Shown: positions 45,567 through 55,385, counted from the first letter of the stretch. The stretch: DNA of 64,000 nt from Candidatus Omnitrophota bacterium (GCA_016206725.1 JACQRA010000088.1:1622-65621); one strand, 5' to 3'. Notes: generated by a model not told the origin, from the sequence alone. Made by a program: numbers and translations.

Positions 45567-46674
45567 CCGTCAAGTACTGATGCACGCCGAAGTGCAACCC
45601 CGTCTCTCCGATTCGCTCGGCGACGGGGAATTGCCCGAGACGATAGCCGAGGAAGGCCAAGGCGCGATGTTGGGTCGGCAATGATCCGAAGAGCGTCTTG
45701 CATTGAATCCCTCGGCCCTCCAAATGCTCATAGAGTCCTTCGATGGAACGCGACGCGTCTCGCAACACCAACGGAAAGGCATGGGGACAGATCACCTCAC
45801 CAGGCCCGTCCGGGTACAGGATCAGACGATCCTCCATCGGACGCAACAGCTCCCACAACCGCGCCAGATGGCGACGCCGAACGGCGAAGGTCCGATCAAA
45901 TAGCTCCAAGCCCTCAAGGCCGATCGCGGCTTCGAGGTCGTTCATCTTCGAGTTGAATCCCACTCGATCAAAGTGGAAGGCGGGTTGCCCGTCTCGGCGA
46001 CCATGGGTGCGAATCGAGCGGCACAGCAACGCCCACTCGTCCTCGCTGGCGGCGATCATCCCCCCCTCCCCGCTACAGATCATGTGAGCCGCATAAAAGC
46101 TGAAGAGCGCCATGTCGCCGAAAGAACCGACGACCTGGCCGTTCAACGTCGCCCCGTGCGCTTCGCAGCAATCTTCAATCACCGCTCGACGATGGCGCTT
46201 GGCGATGGCCAGGATGTCTCTCATTCGGCACGGCTTACCCATCGTGTGGACCACCTGGATCGCGCGCGTGTGAGGCGTGATGGCCGCTCCAATCAGGGCG
46301 GGATTGATAGTGAGCGTCTCCAGTTCGACGTCGACGAATTTCGGCGTGAGGCCGGCGGCTAGAATGCAGTTGGCGGTCGCCACAAACGCCAGCGCCGGCG
46401 TGATCACCTCATCGCCGCGCGCAGCCCCGCGCTCCAACAACGCACTCATCGCCACGATGCCGGCATCCGTCCCGGAGCTGGTTGCGACCGCGTGGCGATA
46501 GCCGAACGCCCTAGCAAACTCTCGCTCGAAGCGCTGCACATTCAGCCCTTCCGAAACCCAATGGCGGTCAAGCGCGTCGTTCAGCCATCGTCTGGCGGTC
46601 TCGCCGATTTCAATGTGACCGAAGGTTATTCGATAGGGCGTTTTGGGAGCCACACTCGTCACGGCCGTGTGCAT
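45517..46674 (-). CDS. DegT/DnrJ/EryC1/StrS sugar aminotransferase
   Basis: From the internal Met MHTAV...; GDEVITPALAFVATANCI and FSFYAAHMICSGEGG motifs. The ORF-table N-terminal 99 aa is out-of-frame overlap. Confidence 0.8.
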   Translation of the reverse strand: MHTAVTSVAPKTPYRITFGHIEIGETARRWLNDALDRHWVSEGLNVQRFEREFARAFGYRHAVATSSGTDAGIVAMSALLERGAARGDEVITPALAFVATANCILAAGLTPKFVDVELETLTINPALIGAAITPHTRAIQVVHTMGKPCRMRDILAIAKRHRRAVIEDCCEAHGATLNGQVVGSFGDMALFSFYAAHMICSGEGGMIAASEDEWALLCRSIRTHGRRDGQPAFHFDRVGFNSKMNDLEAAIGLEGLELFDRTFAVRRRHLARLWELLRPMEDRLILYPDGPGEVICPHAFPLVLRDASRSIEGLYEHLEGRGIQCKTLFGSLPTQHRALAFLGYRLGQFPVAERIGETGLHFGVHQYLTDDDIAYAAESVASYFA

Positions 46675-46675
46675 A

Positions 46676-47383
46676 CTAATGGCTGCGCGGCTCGGCCAGC
46701 GAGATGGCCTCGGAGGTCTCGGGCAGCGATACCGCCGAGGCGTGGTTGGCCAACATGCGGTCAAGCGCCGCGGTTTGAACGTTCGGATTCGCAAACCCGG
46801 ATTCAGGCAGGACGATGAGACGCTCCATCGGCACCCCCAGGGCAGCCAGGCGGTCCAGGCCGCCGTCACCCCAGCGCAGCGAGGCGACAACCATCCGGTC
46901 GTAGGCGAAGGCGCCGATCTCGGCGACGGAGCGAACGGAACGACCAAGAAATTGCTGGCGGCTTGGGGCATCGTCCACTACCCCCACGAGCTCAAGTCCC
47001 ATTTCGTGAATCGTGAGAAAGGCAATCTCGGCCAACTCGTTGGTGCCGCACAGCACGATCCGCCGGTGGCCGGCCTTCGCGACCTGTGTGAGCTGTTCGC
47101 GCAGAAAGGAGCGGACGCGGCCGTAGAGCTGCAGAGAGTAGTGGATGAATTCGTACGTCAGGCGGGACTTTTCGAGGATGCCTTGCGGCGTGATCAGGTA
47201 CCGGATCCGGCTGCGCTTGGTCCCCGTAATCTTGATGTAGCCTTTCTTGGCCAGGCGGCGCAGCATCAGGTTGGTCAGACCCAGCGCCGCGCCGATCCGT
47301 TGGGAAAGTTCCCGCTGGGTGGCATCCGGCGAGTTGGTCACCTCGTTCAGCAGATGCATGTCCCGGTATGTGCTTTGCTTCAT
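46676..47383 (-). CDS. winged-helix transcriptional regulator with C-terminal Rossmann-like (CoA/nucleotide-binding) domain
   Basis: N-terminal MarR/wHTH-like TQRELSQRIGAALGLTNLMLRRLAKKGYI and C-terminal RIVLCGTNELAEIA. It is the first gene after a 132-nt promoter gap. Confidence 0.6.
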   Translation of the reverse strand: MKQSTYRDMHLLNEVTNSPDATQRELSQRIGAALGLTNLMLRRLAKKGYIKITGTKRSRIRYLITPQGILEKSRLTYEFIHYSLQLYGRVRSFLREQLTQVAKAGHRRIVLCGTNELAEIAFLTIHEMGLELVGVVDDAPSRQQFLGRSVRSVAEIGAFAYDRMVVASLRWGDGGLDRLAALGVPMERLIVLPESGFANPNVQTAALDRMLANHASAVSLPETSEAISLAEPRSH

Positions 47384-47399
47384 GCGCCTCTTTCTCTGG

Positions 47400-47485
47400 G
47401 GGGATGTTCACAGCGTGAACGGAAGCTGTTCAAAACATGAACATATTGAAGATACTCTAAACGATCTGAAGTCCTTGTCAAGAGA
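47400..47485 (-). promoter_or_regulatory. candidate sigma70-like promoter (-35 TTGACA, 16-nt spacer, -10 TAGAGT on the minus strand) followed by two inverted repeats with TGTTCA/TGAACA half-sites before the regulator start codon
   Basis: On the plus strand, tgtcaa is at about 47476-47481 and actcta at about 47454-47459. IR1 gttcac-agc-gtgaac is at about 47406-47420. IR2 tgttca-aaaca-tgaaca is at about 47427-47443. An AAGAGG-like RBS lies just before the ATG at 47383. Confidence 0.45.
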
Positions 47486-47515
47486 AAATGCACGGCGTGA
47501 GGGATGATCGCGCCG

Positions 47516-48013
47516 TCAGCGCCGGAGGGCGGATCGCCTGGCTACAGCGAGGGTCGTCGCCACGATGGCGAGGGCGGCAGCCGTCAGGAGAAGCCACGGC
47601 CCAACGTACAGGACGAAGGAGTGGTAGGTATACAACTCAACCGCTTGAAGCCCTCCCCAACCTCTGTGCTTGCAAAAACGCAGGAACGCCACGACCCCGA
47701 TCGCGCAACTTGTCAAGACGGCCCAGCGCCCTAACATCGTGACACGGAGGTCGATACTGGAACGGTTGTTATCGTCCGACAACCTGGTGAGTCGCTCGAT
47801 CCAGATCCAGCACCGTCGCGTCGGTTCCTTCACGAGCAAGGCGCAGCCTCCTCCGGCCAGGATCATCAGGCCGATCACGAGTTGGCGCTTTAGCACATCC
47901 GCCGCATCTGTGGAATCCGCAAACGTCAAGGCAATGACGAGCAGCGTGACCATCGCGCTCCATAAGACCCAGTGCAGTCCCGTGAATACGCGGATCATCC
48001 CCTGCCGGCCCAT
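47516..48013 (-). CDS. small integral membrane protein (hypothetical)
   Basis: 165 aa with 4 predicted hydrophobic helices. It is the last gene before the intergenic promoter region. Confidence 0.45.
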   Translation of the reverse strand: MGRQGMIRVFTGLHWVLWSAMVTLLVIALTFADSTDAADVLKRQLVIGLMILAGGGCALLVKEPTRRCWIWIERLTRLSDDNNRSSIDLRVTMLGRWAVLTSCAIGVVAFLRFCKHRGWGGLQAVELYTYHSFVLYVGPWLLLTAAALAIVATTLAVARRSALRR

Positions 48014-48015
48014 GG

Positions 48016-49671
48016 TCAGAATCGCTTGACGCGACGCAGCGTCCCGTGAGGATCAGTGAGCAGATAATACAGAATCCCGGAATGCGCCGAGGTGATGGCG
48101 AATCTCAGGGGACGCTGGGACAACTCCCACGTCTGATCAGGATCGGTCACCGGGATGCCGGCAAAGTGAAAGGGCGCCGGGTCAATGCCAAGATGCGCCA
48201 GGATGGTCGGCAGCACATCCACTTGCTGAATCGGCGCCGCAAACACCCGGCCCGCTCGTTGCCCGGGACGTTTGATCGCCAGAAAAATCCGCACCAAGTC
48301 GGGATGGATCGTCAGCGTGTCGAGCGACTCCCCCTTAGACCCCACTGACCTGACAAACGGATCGTGGCCGCTATCGGAGCCGATGAAGATGAGTGAACGA
48401 TCGTACAGGCCCGAGGCCCGAAGTTGATCGAGAAACTCTCCCAAAGCGGTATCGAACGGACGGAGGGATTCCCGTGCCGCTTCCAACTCCTCATGGTACT
48501 CGGCCGCGGACTGGGGCGCATCGCCCCTGAGTACGGAGGTGGTCACCGGTGAATCATAGGTCATGAAGTTGTGTGCGAGGTAGAGCGCTGGAGCTTGGCC
48601 GTCGGCCAGGACCAACGCCCTCAGGCGCTCCCACTGGCGCAGGCCCACGTCGACGTGGGAGCCAATCTCCACGTCCCACAGCTGGCTCACGATGTTGACG
48701 GCATGCAAGCCGAGCGCCCGCTCGCCCTGCGGGCCGATCACCCGCACCAGTCGCGCTTGAACGTACGGTGGGAGGATGGAGTGGAGATACGTGCCGTACC
48801 AGCCCCGCAGCAGGGCGCGGCTCGTGAAACCCTCCTGCCCGACCACCCGTTCGCAGACGGCGGGCGGGCGGCAGTACTCCGGGAGCATCTCCGTGACAAT
48901 GTGCGTTCTGCGGCCGGCTCCGAGGATCGAGACCAGGGTGGGATAGCCCACCCATTTTCGCTCTCTGGTCCAGTAGCGTCCGGAATACAGGGTCTTGAGC
49001 GAATAGGCCGTCGCCGTATGGTTGGCGTACGCCTTGGGGTAGTAGTCCGCCTCCGCCACGAACCGGGCCAGGTTGGGGAGACGATCCGCCAGAATGCGCC
49101 CGTCCTCATCGGCCACATAACTGGCCACCAATTTCTCAGAGGTGAGAAAAAAGACCGTGGGGGTGTCGTGGGTCAGGGAGAGGACGTCGGGGGCTGGCGG
49201 CAATGCCATCGTCAGACGCGAGGGGGCGGCCTCAGCCGCAAAGAAGGCGAAAATCGCCACCCCAAACAGACCGGACACCTTCAGCACCCGGATCACCTGC
49301 TGTCGGTATCGGAGCAAGGGCACGATGAGCAGCAGGAAGAGGACCGCGAACAACGGACGCTTCCAGGGAGCGCGCAGGAAGTAGACGTGTAAATAATAGA
49401 AGTTGATTTGGCCGGCGACCATAAAGCTGATCCCCATCGCCATCAGGAGGAGGCAGCTCTTAGGATACAGGGAATACAGGCTGGCCAGCATGATGCCAAG
49501 GCCAATCGGGATGGCCAAAAACGTGAGAACAGAGAAGACGAGAAACGTCGGGTTGTTCCACACCCCTATGTGCAGCGTTTGGGGATCATCCAAGATCATC
49601 TTGACGATCGGCAGCTGCACAAAGAGGGCGACCAACCCAAACGCCGCCCAGAACAAATCCCGTTTCCTCAT
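48016..49671 (-). CDS. membrane-anchored sulfatase/alkaline-phosphatase-superfamily transferase (LtaS/EptA-like)
   Basis: N-terminal multi-TM region plus a C-terminal sulfatase-like domain (FIGSDSGHD region). 551 aa. Confidence 0.6.
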   Translation of the reverse strand: MRKRDLFWAAFGLVALFVQLPIVKMILDDPQTLHIGVWNNPTFLVFSVLTFLAIPIGLGIMLASLYSLYPKSCLLLMAMGISFMVAGQINFYYLHVYFLRAPWKRPLFAVLFLLLIVPLLRYRQQVIRVLKVSGLFGVAIFAFFAAEAAPSRLTMALPPAPDVLSLTHDTPTVFFLTSEKLVASYVADEDGRILADRLPNLARFVAEADYYPKAYANHTATAYSLKTLYSGRYWTRERKWVGYPTLVSILGAGRRTHIVTEMLPEYCRPPAVCERVVGQEGFTSRALLRGWYGTYLHSILPPYVQARLVRVIGPQGERALGLHAVNIVSQLWDVEIGSHVDVGLRQWERLRALVLADGQAPALYLAHNFMTYDSPVTTSVLRGDAPQSAAEYHEELEAARESLRPFDTALGEFLDQLRASGLYDRSLIFIGSDSGHDPFVRSVGSKGESLDTLTIHPDLVRIFLAIKRPGQRAGRVFAAPIQQVDVLPTILAHLGIDPAPFHFAGIPVTDPDQTWELSQRPLRFAITSAHSGILYYLLTDPHGTLRRVKRF

Positions 49672-50876
49672 GAGGAGAACCCTCTGGAACAGCCGACCGC
49701 CGCGAGGAGTCCCTCGGCCGGCTCGTCCGTGATACCGTCTGCGAGGGCGGCGATCTCTCGCGCCCCGACCGCACCGCTGCTGCCGACGTGAAAGACCATC
49801 TGCTGCCGCAACACCTGAATGCGCGCTCTGAACGACTCAGGCGCGGCGCAGAGCGCTTCGATGTGACGCGGGACCTCGGCCAGCCGCTTCGGATCCACGA
49901 TCGCGCCGATCTCACTCCGAATCTTGACCTCCATCGGCTCGCAGGAAATGTCCGCGTAGCGGGGGTTGTTGACTTTCTTCGGCACATCAATGAACAGGAC
50001 GGGCCGCTCCATCGCAAACGCATACTCCAGCGCCGCTCCGGACCAGTCGCTGATCATGATCTCCACCGCGTGGAGCGATTCTTGTGAGGCCACATCGGTT
50101 TCCAGCGCACAGGACGGATGGGCGCTCAGGAGGGCGCTCAATCGCCGTAACAGCTCGGGGTGCTTCCATTGGGTCATGGGGTGCGGCCGCACGGTCACCT
50201 GATAGCCGGCTTCGACGAGAATCCGAACCAATTCCTCTCCGCACGTCTCCAGCAATGCGTGAGGCCCCCACGACGGCGCGACCAGCACGCGGCGGGGCGC
50301 ACCAGGCCTCACGGTTTGAGAGATGGTGCGACGGTCCCGCTCGCGCAGCAAGGCTTCCAAGCGACCATGCCCGTGCGACACTAAGCGTTTGGGGGGCAAC
50401 CCGTAGCGCGCCTCAGTGGCGCGGATTTCTTGAAGATGATGCGGCCCAACGCAGAAGATGGTGTCGAAATGATCAAAGGCCCCGCGGCGAAAGACCATGT
50501 GCGTGCTGAGCATGTTATGGAACACGTACACGTAGTGGACCGAGTGCGCCCTTGAGCGCTTGATGTGGAAGGTCTCGAGGTCCGGCATCGTCATCACCAT
50601 GACGCCGGCGTGGAGATTCAGAAATACCCATGTCCGGCAGGCGCCCTCGCCAATATAGAACGGACGGATCCGCGGGTGCTCGGTTTGAAGGATGGGATCC
50701 GCCAGGCTCGAGGTCAAATAGCAGAGGTCTCGTTCGAGGGGTCCGGTCAGCTCTTGGATGATGGTTTCCCAGTGAACCCAGGACGCGGCGTCTTCCGCAT
50801 AGAAGACAATCGAGCGGGCCTTTGGTTCCAGGGCGAAAAACACCCTCGCTTGCTGCCAGGCGGTCCACCATGTCAT
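49668..50876 (-). CDS. CDP-glycerol glycerophosphotransferase family protein (TagB/TagF-like)
   Basis: ISDWSGAALEYAFAMERPVLFID resembles the TagF DYSS...P.LF motif region. ATGA overlap with the upstream gene. Confidence 0.5.
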   Translation of the reverse strand: MTWWTAWQQARVFFALEPKARSIVFYAEDAASWVHWETIIQELTGPLERDLCYLTSSLADPILQTEHPRIRPFYIGEGACRTWVFLNLHAGVMVMTMPDLETFHIKRSRAHSVHYVYVFHNMLSTHMVFRRGAFDHFDTIFCVGPHHLQEIRATEARYGLPPKRLVSHGHGRLEALLRERDRRTISQTVRPGAPRRVLVAPSWGPHALLETCGEELVRILVEAGYQVTVRPHPMTQWKHPELLRRLSALLSAHPSCALETDVASQESLHAVEIMISDWSGAALEYAFAMERPVLFIDVPKKVNNPRYADISCEPMEVKIRSEIGAIVDPKRLAEVPRHIEALCAAPESFRARIQVLRQQMVFHVGSSGAVGAREIAALADGITDEPAEGLLAAVGCSRGFSS

Positions 50877-50885
50877 CAGATCGTG

Positions 50886-51053
50886 TCAGGACCGCGGGGG
50901 ATTTTTCTTGCGGCTAAAGCGCTCTGTGAACCACGCCTTGGAGTTCCGGAAGGTCACGAAGACGCCCGCGACACCGACCAGGAGGAATTGCAGCAGGAGG
51001 CTGCCGGTTCCTGGATTGATGTACGCCACACACGAGCCGAGTTCTGCGATCAT
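50886..51053 (-). CDS. 55-aa single-TM small protein (MIAELGSCVAYINPGTGSLLLQFLLVGVAGVFVTFRNSKAWFTERFSRKKNPPRS)
   Basis: GAGGAGG sits 7 nt upstream of the ATG, the same spacing as the 45-aa ORF. One hydrophobic helix. The table ORF 50886..51074 extends 7 codons upstream. Confidence 0.4.
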   Translation of the reverse strand: MIAELGSCVAYINPGTGSLLLQFLLVGVAGVFVTFRNSKAWFTERFSRKKNPPRS

Positions 51054-51169
51054 CGGTGTTCCTCCTCGTTGCATTGTGCAAGAAATCTCATTGGATCAAA
51101 CCGCTTCGCGGTCTGACAAGGCGGAAACGGCGCAGGCGCTGGCGCCTAAGGGAGAAGACGCGCCAGGTC

Positions 51170-52618
51170 TCATGGCGCAGAGATGACAGGACCGCCTGAG
51201 GGGATGGCTTTCGGATTGGCGGTATAGCGACGGGAGTCGACGTATTTGCCCGTGATCTTGTACATCCCAAGTAAATTGAACACCCTCCGGAAGAAATACC
51301 GGTATTGATCCCATCTGATGCGCGTGAGCAAACAGAAGATGGTGCTCGGCTTGAGGTAAAATTTCCGGTTGGCACGGCGTTGGATCGTTGAGAGCTCCTC
51401 AGAGCTGACCTTGGCCATTTTTGGATTAAACGTATAAAAATTAAATGTCGACCAATCCACCTCTTCTCCCTGAGCATACTCCTGTTTCCACAGCTCGTAG
51501 AGCTCCGTCCCGGGAAGCGGCGTCACCTTGGTAAAATTGGCACGAGAGAGCGGAAGGGAGAGCGCAAAGTCCACCGTTTGTTGAATCTCTTCGCGAGTTT
51601 CTGTCGGAAATCCAATCATGAAAAACCCGCAGGACTCGATCCCGGCATCGCTGACCCACCCGACGACTTTTCGAACCAGCTCGACATTGAGTCGCTTCTT
51701 GACGAGGTCGAGGATCCGTTGGTTGGCGGATTCGATCCCCAGGGACATGAGGTAACAGCCGGCACGTTTCATGATCGCCAGCATTTCCGGATCCAACCGA
51801 TCGATCCGCACCCCGTTGGGGAGACTCCAGATGACGTCGAGCTTCTTGCGGATCAGGGCCTCGCAGAACTCGAACACCCGATCTCGTTTGATCGTGAAGT
51901 TATCATCCTCAATTTGAATTTCACGCACGCCGTATTGCTCATGCAGCATCGCGATCTCGCTGACGACGGCGTTGACGCTTCGCCAGCGCATCTTTTTGCC
52001 GGCGGTGATCGGGGCGCTGCAATAGGTGCAGGAATACGGACAGCCTCGGGAGGTGATGATGGGGGCGAGGGGAAACCGCCGCGCAATCATCCCATGCGGG
52101 GCTTTCGGGTAGCTTCGCGGGTCAATGAGATCCCAGGCGGGTTGGCCGAAATCATCGATGTCAGGATAGAAGGTCGGTTTGGCGCAGGTTCGAAAGGGTG
52201 CGCCATCTTTCCAATACACCAGTCCCTCAATGTCTGATGGAGCCTTCCCTTCGACCAGCTCGTTGAGCAGCACCTCCCCTTCTGCCATACACGCAAAATC
52301 AGCTCCTGACTGGACGAGCGCTTGTTCAGGATTGGCAATGGTATGGGGTCCACCGATCACGGTCGGCAGGCCGAATGATTTGGCCCGTTTGACTTCTTCA
52401 ACCATTTCCGGGAAGTAGGTCGTCATCGAGGTCAACCCGACCCAATCGTATTCCTGAGGGTCGTAGCGCACGTCTTCCCGAAGGCCATCGATCGCGCGGA
52501 CCGAGTGCCCTCGTTTCAGGAGGGCGGACGCGAGGTAGCCAAGCCCGAGATGGGGTGCGACGATATATCCGTTATACTTGGGGCTGATGAGGAGCACTCT
52601 GGCCATTGCGAGACTCAC
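51170..52618 (-). CDS. B12-binding (cobalamin-dependent) radical SAM enzyme
   Basis: N-terminal B12-binding-like domain (VLLISP...), then SRGCPYSCTYC, a CxxxCxxC motif. 482 aa. Confidence 0.75.
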   Translation of the reverse strand: MSLAMARVLLISPKYNGYIVAPHLGLGYLASALLKRGHSVRAIDGLREDVRYDPQEYDWVGLTSMTTYFPEMVEEVKRAKSFGLPTVIGGPHTIANPEQALVQSGADFACMAEGEVLLNELVEGKAPSDIEGLVYWKDGAPFRTCAKPTFYPDIDDFGQPAWDLIDPRSYPKAPHGMIARRFPLAPIITSRGCPYSCTYCSAPITAGKKMRWRSVNAVVSEIAMLHEQYGVREIQIEDDNFTIKRDRVFEFCEALIRKKLDVIWSLPNGVRIDRLDPEMLAIMKRAGCYLMSLGIESANQRILDLVKKRLNVELVRKVVGWVSDAGIESCGFFMIGFPTETREEIQQTVDFALSLPLSRANFTKVTPLPGTELYELWKQEYAQGEEVDWSTFNFYTFNPKMAKVSSEELSTIQRRANRKFYLKPSTIFCLLTRIRWDQYRYFFRRVFNLLGMYKITGKYVDSRRYTANPKAIPSGGPVISAP

Positions 52619-52627
52619 GACCTCATA

Positions 52628-54430
52628 CTATTGTGATGGAGCCTTTGGGTTTGTCAATGAGAAACTTACGAGGCGGAAGAACCCATAGGCGGCCAGCATG
52701 ATGAGGAACGGCTCGAGCGGAGTTCGGTGTCGGTACGCGCACTCGAAAAAGAGGTGCACGACACTGCGCGAAGCCAGCACGACGAGCAGCAGCCACCAGT
52801 CTAATCGCTTGACCGGTTCGCGCAAGGAGCGCCAGAGCACCACACCGAACCCCACCCACGCCGCCGCGTAGGCATACCACCACATCCAGGACCAATAGAG
52901 GCTGCCCCGCATGAGGAAGATGGGATCAAAGGCGCCAAACCCATGGGAAAAGAACAGCACGCGAGCATTCCCCGCAACCGCGGCGGCCATGTTCACCATC
53001 ACGTTCAAGGGCTGAGTCCTGAAGAGCGCCCAAGCCCCCTGGGGATCGCGCCATGGATTGAGCCACACATGCATGTTCACGGGTGAGTTCATCGAGACAA
53101 ACCACTGCATGTTGAGGCGTCCCGCCCCTTGGAAGTGAAGCGACCCGTCGTGGACGCTCAGCGCAAATGGGGCCAGGATGACGAGGAACCCGAGCGACAA
53201 TCCCAGGCCATGGATCACGGCGGTACGCCAGCCCAGCTTGGCCCGGATGCCAAGCAGGAACCAGCCGATGAGGAAGAACCAGAACATGATATTGCTTTCA
53301 CGCGTTACAGCCGCCCACCCCAACAAGCCGCCAATTCCAACGATCCATCTGCCCCACCGATGAGGATCCTCCACATATCTGAGGAGGCACCAGACGACCA
53401 ACAGCGTCCAGAAGGGATCCACGGCTTGGTGTCCGATCGCAGCCGCGGAAAAGATCATGAGAAAATCCAATGCCCCGAACACCGCGGCAATCCGCGCCAC
53501 CATCCGACCAAATAGCCGTTTGGCCACGTCGTACAGGAGGAGACACGTGAGCGCCCCGATCACCGATTGCACGGCACAGACCAGAAAATAGGACCTCCCG
53601 CCCAGCCAGTAGATCAGCGCGAGGAACCGAACGTAGCCCGGCGCAAAGAGGGGGATGTCCGACCAGGGCGTCTTTCCACCGTGCAGCAACGACATCGCCA
53701 GCGCATCATACGCCGGTCCGTCTGAGCCGGTCTCCCAATAATTCGGATCCGACATCACGCGGGTCGTGTAAAACAGCCGGAACGCCAGCGCGACAAGGAA
53801 CACGACCGCAAGGAACACCGGCTCGCTCGCGAGGGCGGTTCGGATGCGGGCACTCCACGCCTTGACGATCCGGGTCGAGGCCATCACGCTTCCCGCCACA
53901 CCCAGGAGGGTTGCACAAACGGTGAACCAGCGAGCGACCACCAGCGAAACAGCCCACAGCGCCGCGTATCCTAAGATAAGCGGGAGGAAGAAGAGCGAGG
54001 GATCCTCTGTACCCCTGCGGCGCCACCGCGCGAGAAGCTGCGCGCCCGCCACCATCCCCGCGACCAGCACGCCACCCCACAACGCGAAGCAGTACCGCAC
54101 GTACCAGGGAGAGAAGGTCGCAACACCCGGCTCGTGCGTCAAGTGCCAGACGAAGCTTGCGAAGAGGCCGAACAGATGGAGGGAGAGCCCGAGTCGTATC
54201 GCCCAACGCCAGCGCGCGCGGAGGGAACGGTCGAAGAAGACGCTGAAGGACCAGGCATAGAGCGCGACGCTCGCCCAGTACAAGAGTGGGACCGGAACCA
54301 CCACCCCTTCCATGAGCGGAACCGAAAGGCGAACCAGTCCGCCGTCCCACCAGATGATTTCAGCAACGAGGGCCGCGCAGAGCCCGCCCCCCAACAACAT
54401 CACGAGGAACCCGCGTGCGTTGGTGGACAT
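52628..54430 (-). CDS. GT-C superfamily glycosyltransferase (ArnT/PMT_2-like) with N-terminal multi-TM extension
   Basis: PMT_2-like segment GSDGPAYDALAMSLLHGG after 5-6 extra helices. About 600 aa with at least 14 helices. Confidence 0.55.
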   Translation of the reverse strand: MSTNARGFLVMLLGGGLCAALVAEIIWWDGGLVRLSVPLMEGVVVPVPLLYWASVALYAWSFSVFFDRSLRARWRWAIRLGLSLHLFGLFASFVWHLTHEPGVATFSPWYVRYCFALWGGVLVAGMVAGAQLLARWRRRGTEDPSLFFLPLILGYAALWAVSLVVARWFTVCATLLGVAGSVMASTRIVKAWSARIRTALASEPVFLAVVFLVALAFRLFYTTRVMSDPNYWETGSDGPAYDALAMSLLHGGKTPWSDIPLFAPGYVRFLALIYWLGGRSYFLVCAVQSVIGALTCLLLYDVAKRLFGRMVARIAAVFGALDFLMIFSAAAIGHQAVDPFWTLLVVWCLLRYVEDPHRWGRWIVGIGGLLGWAAVTRESNIMFWFFLIGWFLLGIRAKLGWRTAVIHGLGLSLGFLVILAPFALSVHDGSLHFQGAGRLNMQWFVSMNSPVNMHVWLNPWRDPQGAWALFRTQPLNVMVNMAAAVAGNARVLFFSHGFGAFDPIFLMRGSLYWSWMWWYAYAAAWVGFGVVLWRSLREPVKRLDWWLLLVVLASRSVVHLFFECAYRHRTPLEPFLIMLAAYGFFRLVSFSLTNPKAPSQ

Positions 54431-54431
54431 G

Positions 54432-55385
54432 TCACCCGCGCGAAGGAGAGAGCCCTGCATATCGGCTGAGCCACGCGATCGTCTTTGACAACCCTTCCTC
54501 AAGATCAATCGCCGGCTGCCACTTCAGGAGGGTCTTGGCTTTCGTCACATCCGGTTGACGCTGCTTGGGATCATCCTGGGGTAACGGGCGGAACTCGATC
54601 CGGCTGGCCGTCTCCTTACAATACGTCAGCACCCGCTTGGCGATCTCCAGGATGGCGCACTCATCCGGATTGCCGAGATTCACCGGCTCATGGAGGTCGC
54701 TGTCCATCAGTCGGCGGATGCCTTCGATCAGATCATCAATGTAACAGAAGCTCCGCGTCTGGCTCCCATCACCATACACCGTCAGCGGCTCGCCCCGCAA
54801 GGCTTGAGCGATGAAGGTGGGAATCGCCCGCCCGTCATCGAGCCGCATCCGCGGTCCATACGAGTTGAAGATGCGCACGATCCTCGTGTCCACTCCATGC
54901 TCACGGTGGTACGCCATGGTCAAGGCTTCCGCGAACCGCTTGGCTTCGTCGTAGACCCCTCGAGGCCCGACCGGATTGACATGGCCCCAGTAGCCCTCCG
55001 GTTGGGGATGCACCTGCGGGTCGCCGTACACTTCCGATGTGGAGGCCAAGAGGAACTTGGCGCCTTTCGCTTTCGCAATGCCCAGGGCATTCAAGGTGCC
55101 GAGCGAACCCACCTTCAGGGTCTGGATAGGATATTTCAGGTAATCCGGGGGGCTGGCGGGTGAGGCAAAGTGCAGGATATGGTCGAGAGGTCCCTCGACG
55201 TCAAGCGGCTGGCTGATGTTGTGCTCGAGGAATTGGAAACGCCCGTGTGACTGCAGGTGCGACACGTTGACGCGCGTTCCGGTGATGAGGTTGTCCACAC
55301 AGATGACGTGGTGCCCTTCTGCGACGAGCCGCTCGCAGAGATGCGATCCGATAAAGCCGGCTCCTCCGGTGATGAGGACGTTCAT
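54432..55385 (-). CDS. uxs: UDP-glucuronate decarboxylase (UDP-xylose synthase family)
   Basis: From the internal Met: [15 protein letters not shown], plus YDEAKR catalytic motif and UXS-like length. ATGA overlap with the upstream gene. Confidence 0.8.
   Translation of the reverse strand: MNVLITGGAGFIGSHLCERLVAEGHHVICVDNLITGTRVNVSHLQSHGRFQFLEHNISQPLDVEGPLDHILHFASPASPPDYLKYPIQTLKVGSLGTLNALGIAKAKGAKFLLASTSEVYGDPQVHPQPEGYWGHVNPVGPRGVYDEAKRFAEALTMAYHREHGVDTRIVRIFNSYGPRMRLDDGRAIPTFIAQALRGEPLTVYGDGSQTRSFCYIDDLIEGIRRLMDSDLHEPVNLGNPDECAILEIAKRVLTYCKETASRIEFRPLPQDDPKQRQPDVTKAKTLLKWQPAIDLEEGLSKTIAWLSRYAGLSPSRG

Noticed and set aside
47484-47515. A possible terminator hairpin just after the stop of the 165-aa membrane protein
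   Set aside because: Only a 3-bp CAC/GTG stem with a weak U-run could be found, which is too weak to call. The transcript boundary between units A and B remains inferred from the promoter only.
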